Positions 24,744 to 37,865 of a stretch of DNA of 64,000 bases are shown here, piece after piece; positions within the stretch are counted from its first letter, which is position 1; the number at the start of each line of letters is the position of its first letter. Source of the stretch: Isurus oxyrinchus (Eukaryota); assembly GCA_026770705.1 (NCBI GenBank), contig JANJGN010000013.1, forward strand, positions 88,722,001 through 88,786,000, given 5' to 3'. The notes under the pieces were generated by a model. That model was given only the letters and a program-made list of their open reading frames with translations. It was not told the origin of the DNA and did not search any database. Position numbers and translations under genes: made by a program.

Positions 24744-26339
24744 GTAAGACAGATGTTAATATTGTGGCTTGCAGGCTTGAAGGACAAGGGCAAGTCTTTG
24801 GAGGAATTGTTTAGGAAGAGTGGTGAATAAAAATCTAACCTTTGATAGATAAATGCCTGTCAGTGACTTTCTGATGGCTCCGTGAATTTACCCAACCTTG
24901 CCCTGGGTTGACATCAACTAACTTGACATGGGTTTGAATCTGGAGCCTTCGTGGTGTGTGTTGAGGAACTGATAATGAAAACCAACAGACAGGAAAATAG
25001 AAAAAGAATGTCAAGGGGATTCCCAGAGATAGATTTATCAAGATGTCCAGTATCATTTTGAATAACGTTTGATCCTCATTTTTTAGTTGAGATGTATCTC
25101 TGTTTTTCCAACAAAACCATATTTTAATTCTCCATCCTGAGTCCTATGTTACAACTCTTGTATAGTTGGAGTATAGTGAGTTGTTCCAAGGCCTCCACCA
25201 ATAATTCATTTATTCTGATGATTGGGAAGTGCTCAGACATAGCCAAGAGCAATGCACCCTCTCATTTTCCTTCTACTGTACTTCCTTTCCTCATAAAGAG
25301 ATGAATATCCCTGTACAGCATGACTGAGATCAGAAACTTTCAGAAATGAGAAAAATAAACTATTACCACTCAGATGGACAAGAAAGTTATTGTGGCAGTA
25401 TTCAAAGAAAAGCAAAGGAATACTTCTGATGTTCTGGTTATCATTTATCCTTCAACCAGATAACATTAAAAAGCAGATGATCTAGCCATTTACCTCATTA
25501 CTGTTTGTGGGACCTGTGTGTCTGTTGCTGCACTTGTCTACAAAACAACACTGATTGCACTTCAAAAACACTTCACTAGCTGTGAAATGCCTTTGGGGTG
25601 TCCTGAAGACGTGAAGCATGGTTTGGAAATGCAAGTTTCTTCTTTCCAGTTCATCACCAGTTGCAAGGTGGATGAATGAAAAAGGAGATAAGCTGTTCTG
25701 AAATATGCATGATATTTTTGCTAATGGTGGTCATAAGGGCAGTATTTATTGCTTGTACAGTTGCATGTCTTATTGAAAGTTCAAAGGAATCCTTGTAGTT
25801 AGGTGATCCCAAACAAGATTAATGTAATTCATGTTTTATTCCTTTATGCCTGCATTGTGATGAGCATTACCTTCACATTCACTAACTGCATCAGCAACAA
25901 ATATCACTGGGGTCCCTTGAGTCGCCATAGATAACTTTATCACAGTTCCACTTCCATAATATTGTCTGTTTCTGCTCCTGCCTCAGCCCATCTCCAGCTG
26001 AAACTCATATCCACCCCTTTGGCAAGTCCACTCTCTAATTGATATCAAAGATCTGCTGGCCAGCATGCCATTTTCCACATGCCATAAAACCTCTGTGCAT
26101 CTGAAAACTTAACAACTGTATCTTATCTTGCACCAATTCCTCACCCATAACCCCTGCCCTTGTTGGCCTATATTAGTATCCAGTCCTCCAATGCTTTCAA
26201 TTTATAATTCTCATCCTGGTGTTTAATTCCCTTCAGCCTCACCCCTTTCTAACTCTGTAATTTCCTTCAATCCAACAAAAGAGCCCATGGACAATATTGA
26301 AGTTGCTTCCATTAAACGCACTGCCCAATTTTTTTTTCC

Positions 26340-26730
26340 TTTCATTGACTTCTGAGCCAGAAGATTGTGGGTTCAAACCCCACTCCAGAAACTTGAGCAC
26401 TGCTGACACTTCATGCAGTACTGAGGGAGTTCTGCACTGTTGTAAGTGCTGTCTTTTGGATGAGATGATAAACCAAGGCTTATCTGCCTTCTCAGGTGGA
26501 GCTAAAAGATCTCATGGTATTATTTTGAAGAAGAGTAGGAGAATTCTGAAGCAATATTTAAAAAATAGATTATCAGATCATCATCACTGTTTGTGAGACC
26601 TGGCTATCTGCAAATTTGCTGTCTTGTTTCCTACATTATACTACAAATCTGCTTAATTAGCTGAAAATTGCTTTGGGACATCCAGAGCTCATGAAAGGTG
26701 CTACAAAGATACAAGTCTTCCTTTCTTTTA
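26340..26730 (+). mobile_element. Deu-domain SINE
   Basis: ttctgagccagaagattgtgggttcaaacccc B-box head, central domain and tail. Confidence 0.7.
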
Positions 26731-27562
26731 TTGGAAAGGAGAATCAAGCATGGTGTATCTCATAATGTTGTCTGTATTGCATCATTGTCCAAAGTTAAAT
26801 TTAACCAAACTGAATTTACCCTTCACATCAAGAGAATCGTTGGCAATCTATGGATTCTACTTTTGAGAATATTACATTTACTCATTGTCTGCACATTTTG
26901 CCCATGTACACAGGGCAGATCAAGACTCTAAAGAGAGACATCTCTGCCCTTGTAATGTGCCCAGACTCTCCCAGAATCAGGCTAAGGACAAGCACTGAAG
27001 AAACTTGGTTGTGTTTAATAATTGTCTAAAGGCAAGATTAATGCTGCCAGGAGTCAAGGACATGAATGGAGGCTGCTTATAATCAAAAAATAGTGATATC
27101 GTGCGTCCAATGGATTGACCTGTTTTGGATTTGGATTTTGCCATCAAATTTGTGGTTTGCAGCAAGGGCACTGTTGCCAATCCTTCTGGAGTCTCCAGGA
27201 ATAAAAGATTAATTTCTGGGACACAGCAGCAAACAACTCAAGATTAAAATTATAGGGGCATTAAAAAAACTGACTATTTTTAAAAATAATTTTAAAAACT
27301 GTGTTTAAAAAATATCAGCCAGGATAAGAAGGATGTTTGGGTGACAGTCAAGTATTATCCAATTGGGTAATGAAATTTGTTCACATTTCGATAAGTATAG
27401 GAAGGCAAGGCACTGTGGGTATTGACATGTTGAGTTGAATAATGGCGTGAAAGCAGGGATGATAGTATGTGATGGGAGGTCATGTGATGAAAACTCCAAG
27501 AAGATAGGTTATGGGGGCAGACAGGAAAGTGGAGTTAAGGCTGCAATTAGATCAGCTGTGAT

Positions 27563-27690
27563 GACTGGGATTTTCCAGCCCCGCCTGCTGCTGGGATCTT
27601 CCGGTCCTCCCAAAGTCACTGCACTTTTGGCAGTCCCCCCCGCATCCCCCGCAGCGGGTTCCACCATGGTGGGGCTGGAAAATCCCGGCC
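27563..27690. mobile_element. 128-bp MITE with 20-bp TIRs inserted in a CR1 tail
   Basis: GACTGGGATTTTCCAGCCCC versus the reverse complement of the right end GGCCGGGATTTTCCAGCCCC (18/20); GAT duplicated; host atcagctgtgat|...|gatctt continues. Confidence 0.88.
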
Positions 27691-30240
27691 GATCTTTGTG
27701 AATTGAGGAGCAGGCTCATGGGGCCGAATGGTCTACTCCTGTTGTTGTTTCTTATGATCATATAATATGCCCAACCAGGGTTCCTGGCAAACTGAGACCA
27801 GAATCACTTCAAAGTTTTTACTTTTGTTTTCCAAACGGTACATATTTAAATTCTGCCTCTTTAGCTTTTTTTGCATGTATCCAAATCCAGGGGCAATTTT
27901 TCACCAGGCACCAGCAGTCGATCCTAGCTAGCTCGCACTCTTCTAAACCCGCCCTTTCATCCATGTGAGTGTGTTTTATGATAGGTGAGGAGGGCTGTGC
28001 TTTCCAGTTCCAGCCTGCAGGGACAGGTAGATTCAATATTACACATACAGTTAGTCTTGCACAGCTGCTAGAGTGCCAGTCATGTGCATATGTATTTATA
28101 GAGCAAAAGGAGAAAACAGAAACAGAATTATAATTAAGCAACATTCTGCACGATTGAAGAATGCATGGCACTAATGCAACATGGAGAACAGTTTAAAAAT
28201 TCTTCTTTCGCATAATAAAAAGACCTCATAATTTAAGGATTCTTTAAAGGACAGAGTCGTGTAAAAATAGCTGGTAGTTATTAGAACACTGTTCAGCCTT
28301 CATTGTCTTTGCCTACAAAAAGCCCAAAAGTGTTTATTGTCACAGGTGTCTGAAGGAAAGGTGATTGATAATAAATTAGCTTTAGATTTACCTCAGTAGA
28401 AGCACTGGTTGCTGACTTGAGTGTCACAGGGGCTGCCATTTAGGCAGTTGACCTGAGGATCTTGTCACATACAGAGAGAAGGTCATCGTTGTCATGTACC
28501 ATACATCTCGCTGGCACGGTGAATGACAGGTCCTCTGCTGCTGAGCACATGAACAGAAGAGAGACAGAAAGAAATAAATGTGAAAGAGCACGGGGAGGGG
28601 GAGTGGGGGAAGCCATCCAATTTGTGGTTTGGCTATTGGAAAATAAATGATGAGAATATTATGCTTTGGGAATGAAAGAGATTCAGGCTGCGCGTGTACA
28701 AGTCCAGTTTTGAATGGAAATGTATTTACTGGTTGATGACCTGAAGATGAGATGAGCACCCTGTTCATCCTCCTTCTGTAATGAACAGGAACGCTGGCGC
28801 TGTTTAAAGAGGGTCAATCGAATAGGTCATGCATCATATGGGGAGGCAGATGTTGGAACATATTGTAATGGATTACTCTTCTGCGCGAGGATTGGCTTGT
28901 GGAGAGCAGATCAGCCAGTGCTTAATACTTTCACTCGAGTTGAGGAATGTAATGAATTTACCTCAATAGCAGCAGCTGGACGTGCTGTTGTTCCTGTGAT
29001 TTGTAATGCATGTGTCGCATCTTTGAAGGGTAAGAGCAAAAGCTGAGCTCTTTGCAAGGTGTAGTGAGCAGGAATTATATGTCTAGCTCCTGTAATTGGT
29101 GTCATGGAGCTCAGTGTTAACTATTTAACAACCAAACCCAGAAAGGCTGATGCATAGCATCAGAACACAGCCACCTTGCCAAGTAAATAGAAGGCATTTT
29201 ATAATTACATTTTATATTACACTGTGTTCCTCTGCTTTGCAAATGAAATACACTCGGTAATTCCTCCTCCCTTCCTAAGCTGGGAGCAATGAAGCCAATT
29301 ATAGTCTGACTTGACGTTCACTGAATAAATCTAGAACCTATCTGATCCTATGGCTCAGATCCACATTGGCCAGTGTTATTACAGGAAGAACTTGCATTGA
29401 TATAGAACCTTTCCTGACCTCAGACACCCTAATACGCTTTACAGCCAATGACCTACTTTTTTGAAGTGTTAGTCACTGTTGCAATGCAGGAAATATGGGA
29501 GCCAAGCTGCATACAGCAAGGTTCCCCAAACAGCAATGTAATCATGATCAGGTTATCTGCTATGAGGTGCTGAATTTTGAAGTGGAGGTGGGTTGGGAGG
29601 TGGGTCGGGAGGTGGGTGGGTTGGTCGGGAGGTGGGTGGGTCCACAATCTCTGGACACTGGCCAGTGTGCTGGTTTGCCAGCGCGTCCCAACTCTGGCCC
29701 ATTTTGAAAAATGCTGATTCAAAGAGGAAATGGCTAGTTGCCTACACGGTGGGTAGCCAATTAGATATCATTAGTGGCCTGTTAAGACCCATCTTCCGAT
29801 CACGCCGTCTTGTATTTTCCAGCAGTTGGGCCCCCCACCGAGGCTGATTCCTAGCCAATGCAAGGAGACATCCGTCTGATGACAGACTGGGGAAGGGGGT
29901 CCAGTGCCCCATTTTGCCTTTTAATCCCCTGACACCCACCGCCACAGTTGAGATTTTGGACGGAATCGGTCCAGGGTTGCACTAAGTGCGACAGCAGGCC
30001 TGAAAAATGACGTTTTACCTGCCGGCCGCAATGGTGGGTTCTCGTGCCATTCCGTCCTCTTCCCAGCACATCCTACCTCATTGATAATGCATTCACAGGA
30101 AACACGCCAGATCACGGCCAGGCTTGGATTTGCCCACCACACCGTGACTTCAGTGCTTCCTCGCTCCGGGCGCCATATTTAAAGTGCGCCAGAACACAGC
30201 CTACTTCATGTCTACAGACCAGGACTGCTCCAGGTGACAG

Positions 30241-31916
30241 ATGGCCCCCAAATTTAGTGACACCTCACTTGGGTACCTGCTGGAGGCAGTGGAAGGCTGC
30301 CACGATGTCCTCTACCCCTGCTCTGGCTGCAGGAGACCACCAGAGTCACCAATCCGGCCTGGGAGGCGATGGCAGCAGTGGTCAGCACCACAGGAGCACA
30401 GAGGGTGTCAGCCATCCAGTGCAGGAAGAGAATGAATGCTTGCATCCCTTCCACTAGAGTAAGTCAACCACCTCATCACTCTCAACTCTCACATTCACAA
30501 ACCCATCACACACTCACAGGGATCTCACACCTCAAGGGACAACACCAACAACTCTCACACACACCCTCACATCTCCGTCAGGCTGATATCCTCTGGAGCT
30601 CGTGTCCTCATCCCGTCCATGGCTCTGTTCATCACACAAACATTCCACCCAGTGCCATGTGTCCTGTTCACAACAGCAGCAAGAGGTCCCAGACTTGGGG
30701 TGGAGTGACCTACATGAGGTCCCTCACTCAACTTTGAGGACAGTGTCATCGTGCTGACTAGTGAGGATGTGGACTATGCCTGTGGTGACATTGAGGTCAG
30801 TGGCGAACACCCAGTGAGGATCCTGCATCACATCATCCCTCTCTCAATGCAACTGTGAGTGCTCTCTCTTCTGCTTTTGACTCTGCTGCATGCACTAATT
30901 ATTTCTACTTTGGTTCACAGGGACCTCTGCCAAGTTTCTGACACCCTCAGCCAGCCAGTTCCTCAGCTCCATCCAGGCCCTCACCTCCAGCCAAGAGGAC
31001 ACTTCCTCCATTGAAGAGCTGGAAATAAGTAACCTGGAAGATCCATCACAGTGTTTACCCACCCCCTCCACCAGTGCAGAGACACACACACCTCGGTGGG
31101 ACCTAGACCAGGCTCAGGTTCTCAATCTGGTGCTCACTGTCATACATGTGTCTGCAGCAGGAGGAGGCAGGTTCAGCCAAACTCCCCGGCACTCACAGGA
31201 CTGCTGGGGAAGAGGCATATGTGAGGCCTGAGCCAGATGACAAGCCTCTGGATTTGGCCTCCCAACTCATTGTGGAAAGTCAGCAGAAGGTGGGGTAACA
31301 TCAGGGAGAGCTGTTGGAAACCCTCAACAGAGAGGCATGTGAGTCAGAGGAGTGCGTCCGCCTGCTCTCTGATGAACTGGTGCCCACAAGTGTGCACGTG
31401 GAGGTCTCCAATGGAAGGATGGCGGACGACATGGAAACCCTAGCCTAACAGAACATGGAGATGTGTGCAGACCTGCACTCCATCATGGTATCCATGGGTG
31501 AGTTCCTGCAGTAGCAATGCAAGAAGGAACCAGGGCACCTTGACATTCCTCCAGGTGCTCCTTCCCTTCAAGGAGTTAGGCCGGGGCCCTCAGGCACCCG
31601 AAGGGAGGAGGAACAGCAGTTGGACATCCCTGGGTCATCCACTTAGGAATCTCAGAGACTGTCCTCTCCCTCTGAGTCCCCTTTGCCTGTGACCCCCTCA
31701 ACCTCATCCTCTGTCACTTCAGAGGGAGCAGCTGGCCCACAGGAGGACAGCCAAAGCAAGCCGGGGCCCTCAAGGCCTCAGCTTTCCAGAGGACCCATGC
31801 CAAAGTCATCAGAGGCAACAGGGCCAACCATTGCACAGACTGTCCCCACCCCTGCTGCAGATGTCAGGGCAGCACCTAGAAGAAGTGGTAGGCCTAGGAA
31901 AGTTATGAAATCCTGA
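30241..31916 (+). pseudogene. Decayed, intron-containing Myb/SANT-like (trihelix) DNA-binding protein gene of the transposon, with C-terminal AT-hook-like RRSGRPRK
   Basis: MAPKFSDTSLGYLLEAVE ... (frameshift) WEAMAAVVSTTGAQRVSAIQCRKRMN; donor AGA|gtaagt at about 30458; acceptor ttcacag| at 30920; in-frame stops in the last exon. Confidence 0.75.
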
Positions 31917-32529
31917 TCACAGTTGGTTGCACCGGTGAACACATTTTGTCACTTTATAATCTGAAAATATATTCACTGTCACTGAATAATGTGTAACATT
32001 GTCTTTCAGCTTCATTGACAGGTTTGTGAGTGCTCCTACTGTAACCGCACCCGACACCCCCCCACTAGCATTTTGGCTGCATGTAACCGGAGCATGAGTG
32101 ATTCTGAAGGGAGAAGCGTGTGTGTAGCAAGGCCTTTTGGAGCCATGTCCAAGCACTCTCGCACGCACGCGGAGCCTTCCTCCATCACACTTATCTTACT
32201 CTCCCGAGCATTTTCAATGCTGCCTGCTGGGATTCTCTTTCAGTTATCCATCTGAGCCGACATATATCTCCTCCCACCCACTGCTCACACTCCCATGCAA
32301 CACCTGTGCCCACCCAACACGAGGCTCTGTTCACTTCTGATTTCGATAGCCATGGTCGTGGTCAAATATATTGTTAGCTCCCCAGTCCTTTTCCCTGCTC
32401 CAGTCATCCATTTCTTGTCCCCCATCACTGTCGAACCCCCTGGCATCACCGTCCACATCCCCACCATCACCTACCAACTCAACCCCTGCTTTCCAGGATG
32501 TCCTGGTGAATGTGCACGTTCCCTACCTT

Positions 32530-33230
32530 CCTGAGTACCCCACCCCCATCCACATTGACCTCCCCAACCTCCTCCTTCACATCCCAGGGTCTGTGTCTGC
32601 CTCTGAGTCCCCACCATCCACCCTCACCACTCCTTCTACTGTTGCTGATGCATCCTCACCCTCCCACCCTACCAGCTCCATCTGCCCACTTTCACACTCC
32701 TACCATGCCCACCCTTTGTTCCCCTCTCAGGAGACAGTCGTTGACTATACAGACCCCTCCATTGCATGTTCACTTGGACATCCTCCCTTATTCCCTCCTC
32801 CACCATTACTCCCTCCTCCCCCAAACTCCTTCCCCTCTCCACACTCTCTCCCTTACACCTTCCTCCCCCCTTACACCTCCCTCCCCAGTTGCAGTATTCT
32901 CCCCTCTTACACCCTCCTACCCCCATTCTCCCCCCTCCCTCCTCCCAACCTCACCCCCCGACACCGTCATCCCACCTTACCAACCATGCCCCCCTGACAT
33001 CTTCGTCCACTGCAGCCTCACCCCTGGCATGTTTGTACCCCCTTTCCCAACCTTGCCTCCACCAACACCTTCATTGTCCCCTATCAACCTCACCCCTCCC
33101 TGACACATGTGTTTCATCCCCCACCAACTTCACCCCCCAAACACCTCATCCCCCTCTCTGAAACTCACCCCCCCTCAGTACTCATTCCTCTCCCACACAC
33201 GGCTGGACCTTCCTCTCCCCCACCTCATCG
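32530..33230 (+). repeat. C/T-rich low-complexity tract inside the transposon
   Basis: Runs of cctccc and ccccac; the source of several Pro/Ser-rich spurious ORFs. Confidence 0.8.
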
Positions 33231-35264
33231 ATCATCCGTGGCAGCCCCGTGATGTTCCGAAGCAGACCCGAAACATCAGCTGAGACCTCCCACCTTCTGA
33301 GAGCTGCTTCACGCCGGAGCCATGTCCACAAGAACCCTCCCAGCAGGCGAAGCACATGTCCCTCCAGGGTCCGGTAGCTGTAGGGCCCCAGCATCTTCTG
33401 CTTCTCGGATGTCCGCGATCTGAGCAAGGCCCTAAAGGTAAGTTCTGACTTCTGCATGTCTTGCTTGTCCAGACATGTTCTGGGCTGGCATGTTTCCCTG
33501 CCAGCGCAATGGTAAATCGGGCATGGGGGTGATCATTCCGGTTGGGCCTTACTTTGCATCCCAGTACCAGGATGCATATCGGGTTTATGCCAGCCTCCAG
33601 CAGGAGCCATGTTCCGCCATGGCGGACACCATCGGATGATCCCGCTGTGATTTCACACCGGCGTGAAACTGATTTCTGCCCCACCCACTAAATTGTACCA
33701 CCCCTACCTGCCATGATGCCCATCACCAGTGGGGCCAGGTGATTCCACCCATAGCCACAGCTGTGGCTACAGCTTCCCTTGGGGGAGGTTCCCCCTTCGT
33801 AGTGGCAATCCAGCAGCTGTGGCCAGTTTTTAGATGCTTATATTGAAAAGTATGGACAGGGTGCCACCATCTTGAGGTGCCCTCTCTCTCTCTTACCTGC
33901 ATCAGAATCACCCATGCCTGATGGTGTGGCTGCCAATGTGTTATTTGTGGGAGGGCCACCCTTTGGCCCTCCAGGATTGCAAGTCTGCCTGAAGTCCTTA
34001 ATTGGACAGCAAGCTCACTCACTGAGCATCCATCGGTCAGCTCATCGAAACTTGTGTCAAGCATCATAATGCAGGGCTCGGACCCGGAAATGTGCTTGGC
34101 TTAGGGGGTCCCAACCCAGAAATAAAATCCAGACAGATGTTTTAATGATAAATATTGTCCAGCATACTTGGGGGAGAAATTCCCCTGCTCACCTTCAAGC
34201 TAGTCAGATCTTTTACATCTGCCTGAGAGGGAAGGCAATTTAACCTCTTATCTGAAAGATGACACCTCTGACAGTGTGGCATTCACTTAGCGCTCTACTG
34301 GAGTGTCAACATAGATTTTGTGCATGTCCCTGAAGCTCATGTTAAAGTCAAGGGTTTTAGCACAAGACTTGAAATTCTCACTAGTTTTGGAAACACGGCA
34401 TGATACCACTTTTTAAAAAATCTTTTGTGCAAGTTGCTTTTCTTTCAAATCAAGTACCGTTCTGCCTGGCCAATCAGTCCACTGTTTAAATCTCATTTGG
34501 TACAAGGTGAGGCCAAATGGAAGGAAGAAATGCTGCCTCGGCACTGACTTAACTACCCAGGTTCAAAGGTCAGCCCTTTGAAACATTGTAAATGTGCCAT
34601 GCTGATTGTTCACAAATGTGCAAGAGAATGAGGATTTAAATTCGTCTTTAAAGGCACCGGTTCTGATGGCCTCATTTCCTTCCTGGCCGCTCCTTTAAAA
34701 TGATCCTTCATGTATGTGTACATTTTAAAAACCTTCCTTTCAATTCAAAACAATTTGGGGTTAAATTTATTTTAATAAGGGGCATTCCATACATCCTTCA
34801 GACAATGTCTGAAGCATTTTAATCAGCATTCGTCAGCTGGAAAAATTACAACCACAATGTTCAATGGTTAATGGTTAAAATCAGGCCCAGTTTCTTTTTA
34901 TATTTCTTTTTATTACTACCTCTATAAACCCAGTCTCGAGGCCATTCTCCAATTGAAAGGCAGTTAGGCACCTGTACCTAGGCCCAAACCATTCCTTTTG
35001 TGAAATGGCTGCCAAGAGATGAACAAGAATGACTCTGGTCATTTTTTCCTCACATTTTCTTCACTCTTATTGGGAAGCATTGGTGCCCTCCTCAGTGACT
35101 TCCCCAAGTGTGACTGGCAGCTTGCTGCAAGTTGACTCAATACATTACATGGTGCAATGTTCTTGTCATTATGAAATATATATGTAAAAGTCTCACACCC
35201 AGGTATTACACTTCAGATGTCCTGTTCCAATTGTTACATAAGCTTTATGCTGTGTTATATTGGC

Positions 35265-36680
35265 CTTACAAAAAGTCCTTAGATAAACTCAAAGATATGG
35301 GAATTCAGAGTAAAACTTGCAAATGAATAAGTAATTGGCTGAAGGGCAGAAAGCAATGGGTATTTGTTAAAAAAGTTATGTTGGGTTGCGGAAGGACCAG
35401 GTGGAGTGCCTCTGACTTGGGATTGGGACCCGCGACTAATCCTAACTTACATCAGTGACATGCAGTCGGAAACTCAGTGCAAATAGGTCAAATATTCAGG
35501 TGATGCCAAAAGAGGGGAAACAGTAGATTCAGAGGAGGCAGCTCAGAAGTTACAGAATGAGTTGGACAGAGTCTATAGGTGGGTAGAATGATGACAGGCG
35601 GGACTGAATCTTAGAGTCAATGAAGATTTTCTGAGGTCAGGATCAAAAGTAGGTTCTGACCCAGCTGATGATGCCTGGCCGCATTTCTGTGCGATCTTAC
35701 CAGAGGCAGCCAATTAAGAGACTGCTTCCAGGAATACTGTCCAATTAAGGATGGTGGCAGAACAGTTACCCACGTGGCCCAATGGGAGGGCCCGCAGAGT
35801 TGTCCTGTTGGCAGCCCCATCAGGAGTGGTGGGCATTATTACAACAGGCAGGAGATTGCCCTCGAAGATGTACAACGTTATTAAAATTATTTGTGGCTAC
35901 AGCTGCCAGGCCATCATTTTTGGGGGGTGGGGGGACAGCCTCCACCTGCAGCAATGGCCCTGTGGTCAAAGTGGTGGGGGTTGGGTGGGCTAGATAAACC
36001 AAGAAGGCCTTTCCGGGCCACCCAGCCTGCCACAGGGAGGCCGCCTCCAGGGATCTGCCAGGTTGGGCTGCAACATGGGGCCCATCCATCACCATTACGA
36101 TCCGGGCAATGTCCCTATCTGGCACTGTTGAATATCACTAATAGAATACGCACAGCCGCCAGCGGATAGCAGTTTCTGCTGTTTAGATGCCTCCAGCAAG
36201 ACCACCAGGAACGTTTTGGCCTGTCAACCCAACAGTGACCTACTGGATCTCCTTCCCGACCCCGCCTCCAGCCCTGCCTCCAGAAGCCTCATCAGGTTCT
36301 GCCCTGGAATTAATTCGGTCAAGGGCCTATAGAATAGAAAACTGAGTGAATCGTATAGTCCATGACCTGAGTGGAAGTTTCTAAGGATGATGTTGTAAGA
36401 GACCCAGGAGTCTTTGTTGACTTGACGCTAAACATTTCCAACCAGCACAGAGCAACAATTAACAAAGCAAATGGAATATTTTGCTTGATAGAGCCTGAGC
36501 AATGAGTCAGAAAAAGTTGTGGTAAATCTACACTGCTCTGGTCAAGACACAAGGGAGACAGCAAGCTCTGAAGACAGTATAGAGAAGATCCACGAGGTAA
36601 ATGCTTTGTGTTAGAGGTCTCAGTTTTGAGGAAAGACAGGAAGAATTTGAGCTTCTCAGCCTTGAAAGGATATGCCTGAA
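35265..36680 (+). mobile_element. Old CR1-like RT remnant interrupted by a MITE-like insert (about 35617-36304)
   Basis: LDKLKDMGI..., NWLKGRKQWV and ggagtgcct RT-like segments; LINE-like sequence resumes after 36305. Confidence 0.55.
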
Positions 36681-36734
36681 GGGAGTGGGTGGGTAGTGTG
36701 GGGAGACGGGTGGTTAGGGGAGTCTTTTTTTAAA

Positions 36735-37865
36735 ATTCATTCATGGGGTGTAGGTGTCACAGGCTAGGCCAGCATTTATTGCCCTTGAGAAGGTGGTGGT
36801 GAGCTGCCTTCTTAAACTGCTGCAGTCCATGTGTTGTAGGAATCAGATGCAGAGGCTGTTAGGAAGAAAGTTCAGGGATTTTTACCAAGCAACAGTGAAG
36901 GAACAGCGATATATTTCCAAGTCAGGGTGGTGTGTGGCTTGGAGGGGGAACTTGCAGGTGGTGATGTTCCCATGAATCTGCTGCCCTTGTCCTTCTAGGT
37001 GTTGGAAGTCACGGCTTTGGAAGGTGCTGTCGAAGGAGCCTTGGTGAGTTGCTGTAGTGTATCTTGTAGATGGTACACACTGCTTCCACTGTGCATTGGT
37101 GGTGGAGAGAGTGGATGTTGAAGGTGGTGGATGGGGTACCAATTAAGTAGGCTGTTTTGTCCTGGATGGTGTCAAGCTTCTTGAATGTTATTGGAGCTGC
37201 ACTCATCCAGGCAAGTGGAGAGTATTCCATCACACTTCTGACTTGTGCATAGTGGATGGTGGGTTGGCTTTGGGGAGTTAGTAGGTGAGTTACTTGCTGC
37301 AGAATTCCCAGCCTTTGAACTGTTCTTGTGGCCACGGTATTTATATGGCTAGTTCAGTTCAGTTTCTGGTCAACAGTAACCCCCAGGATGTCGATAGTGG
37401 GGGATTCAGTGATGGTAATGCCATTGAATGTCAAGGGTAGATGATTAGATCCTCTCTTGTTGGAGATTGTCATTGTCTGGCACTTGTGTAGCTCGAATGT
37501 TACTTGCCACTAATCAACCCAAGCCTTAATATTGTCCAGGCCTTGCTGCATATGGGCACAGACTGCTTCAGTGTCTGAGGAGTTGCAAATGGCGCCGAAT
37601 ATTGTGCAATCATCCACGATAATCCCCACTTCTGACCTTATGATGGAGGGGAGGTCATTGATGAAGCAACTGAAGATGGTTGGGCCTAGGAAACCACCCT
37701 GAGGAACTCCTGCAGTGATGTCCCAGGGCTGAGATGATTGACCTCCAACAACCACAACCATCTACCTTTGTGTTAGGTATGACTCCAACCAGCGGAGAGT
37801 TTCCCCCAATTCCTGTTGGTTTCAGTTTCGCTAGGGCTCCTTGATGCCAGACTCAGTCAGATGCA
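36735..37865 (-). mobile_element. LINE 3' portion from RT core to tail (family of 12275-13212)
   Basis: AGVPQGGFLGPTIFSCFINDLPSIIRSEVGIIVDD and EYSPLAWMSAAPITFKKLDTIQDK on the minus strand. Confidence 0.9.

Larger units (their letters stand above)
29958..33750 (+). mobile_element. Non-autonomous PIF/Harbinger-like DNA transposon (3.8 kb)
   Basis: Termini GGACGGAATC / GATTCCACCC (8/10 inverted); both ends are homologous to the 54430-55630 element; carries a Myb/SANT-like gene remnant. Confidence 0.75.
29385..34340 (-). mobile_element. Deu-domain SINE split by a MITE-like element (about 29564-34135), which in turn contains the Myb-bearing element
   Basis: SINE sequence stops at caggttatctgctat (about 29563) and resumes at agatgttttaatgataaatattg (about 34136). 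Confidence 0.7.

Noticed and set aside
32371-33161. Overlapping Pro/Ser-rich ORFs (131-208 aa)
   Set aside because: They arise from C/T low-complexity sequence that lacks stop codons; no domain signal.
33182-33457. Possible transposase or second Myb ORF on the minus strand
   Set aside because: No convincing DDE or Myb motif by eye; left unassigned pending an HMM search.
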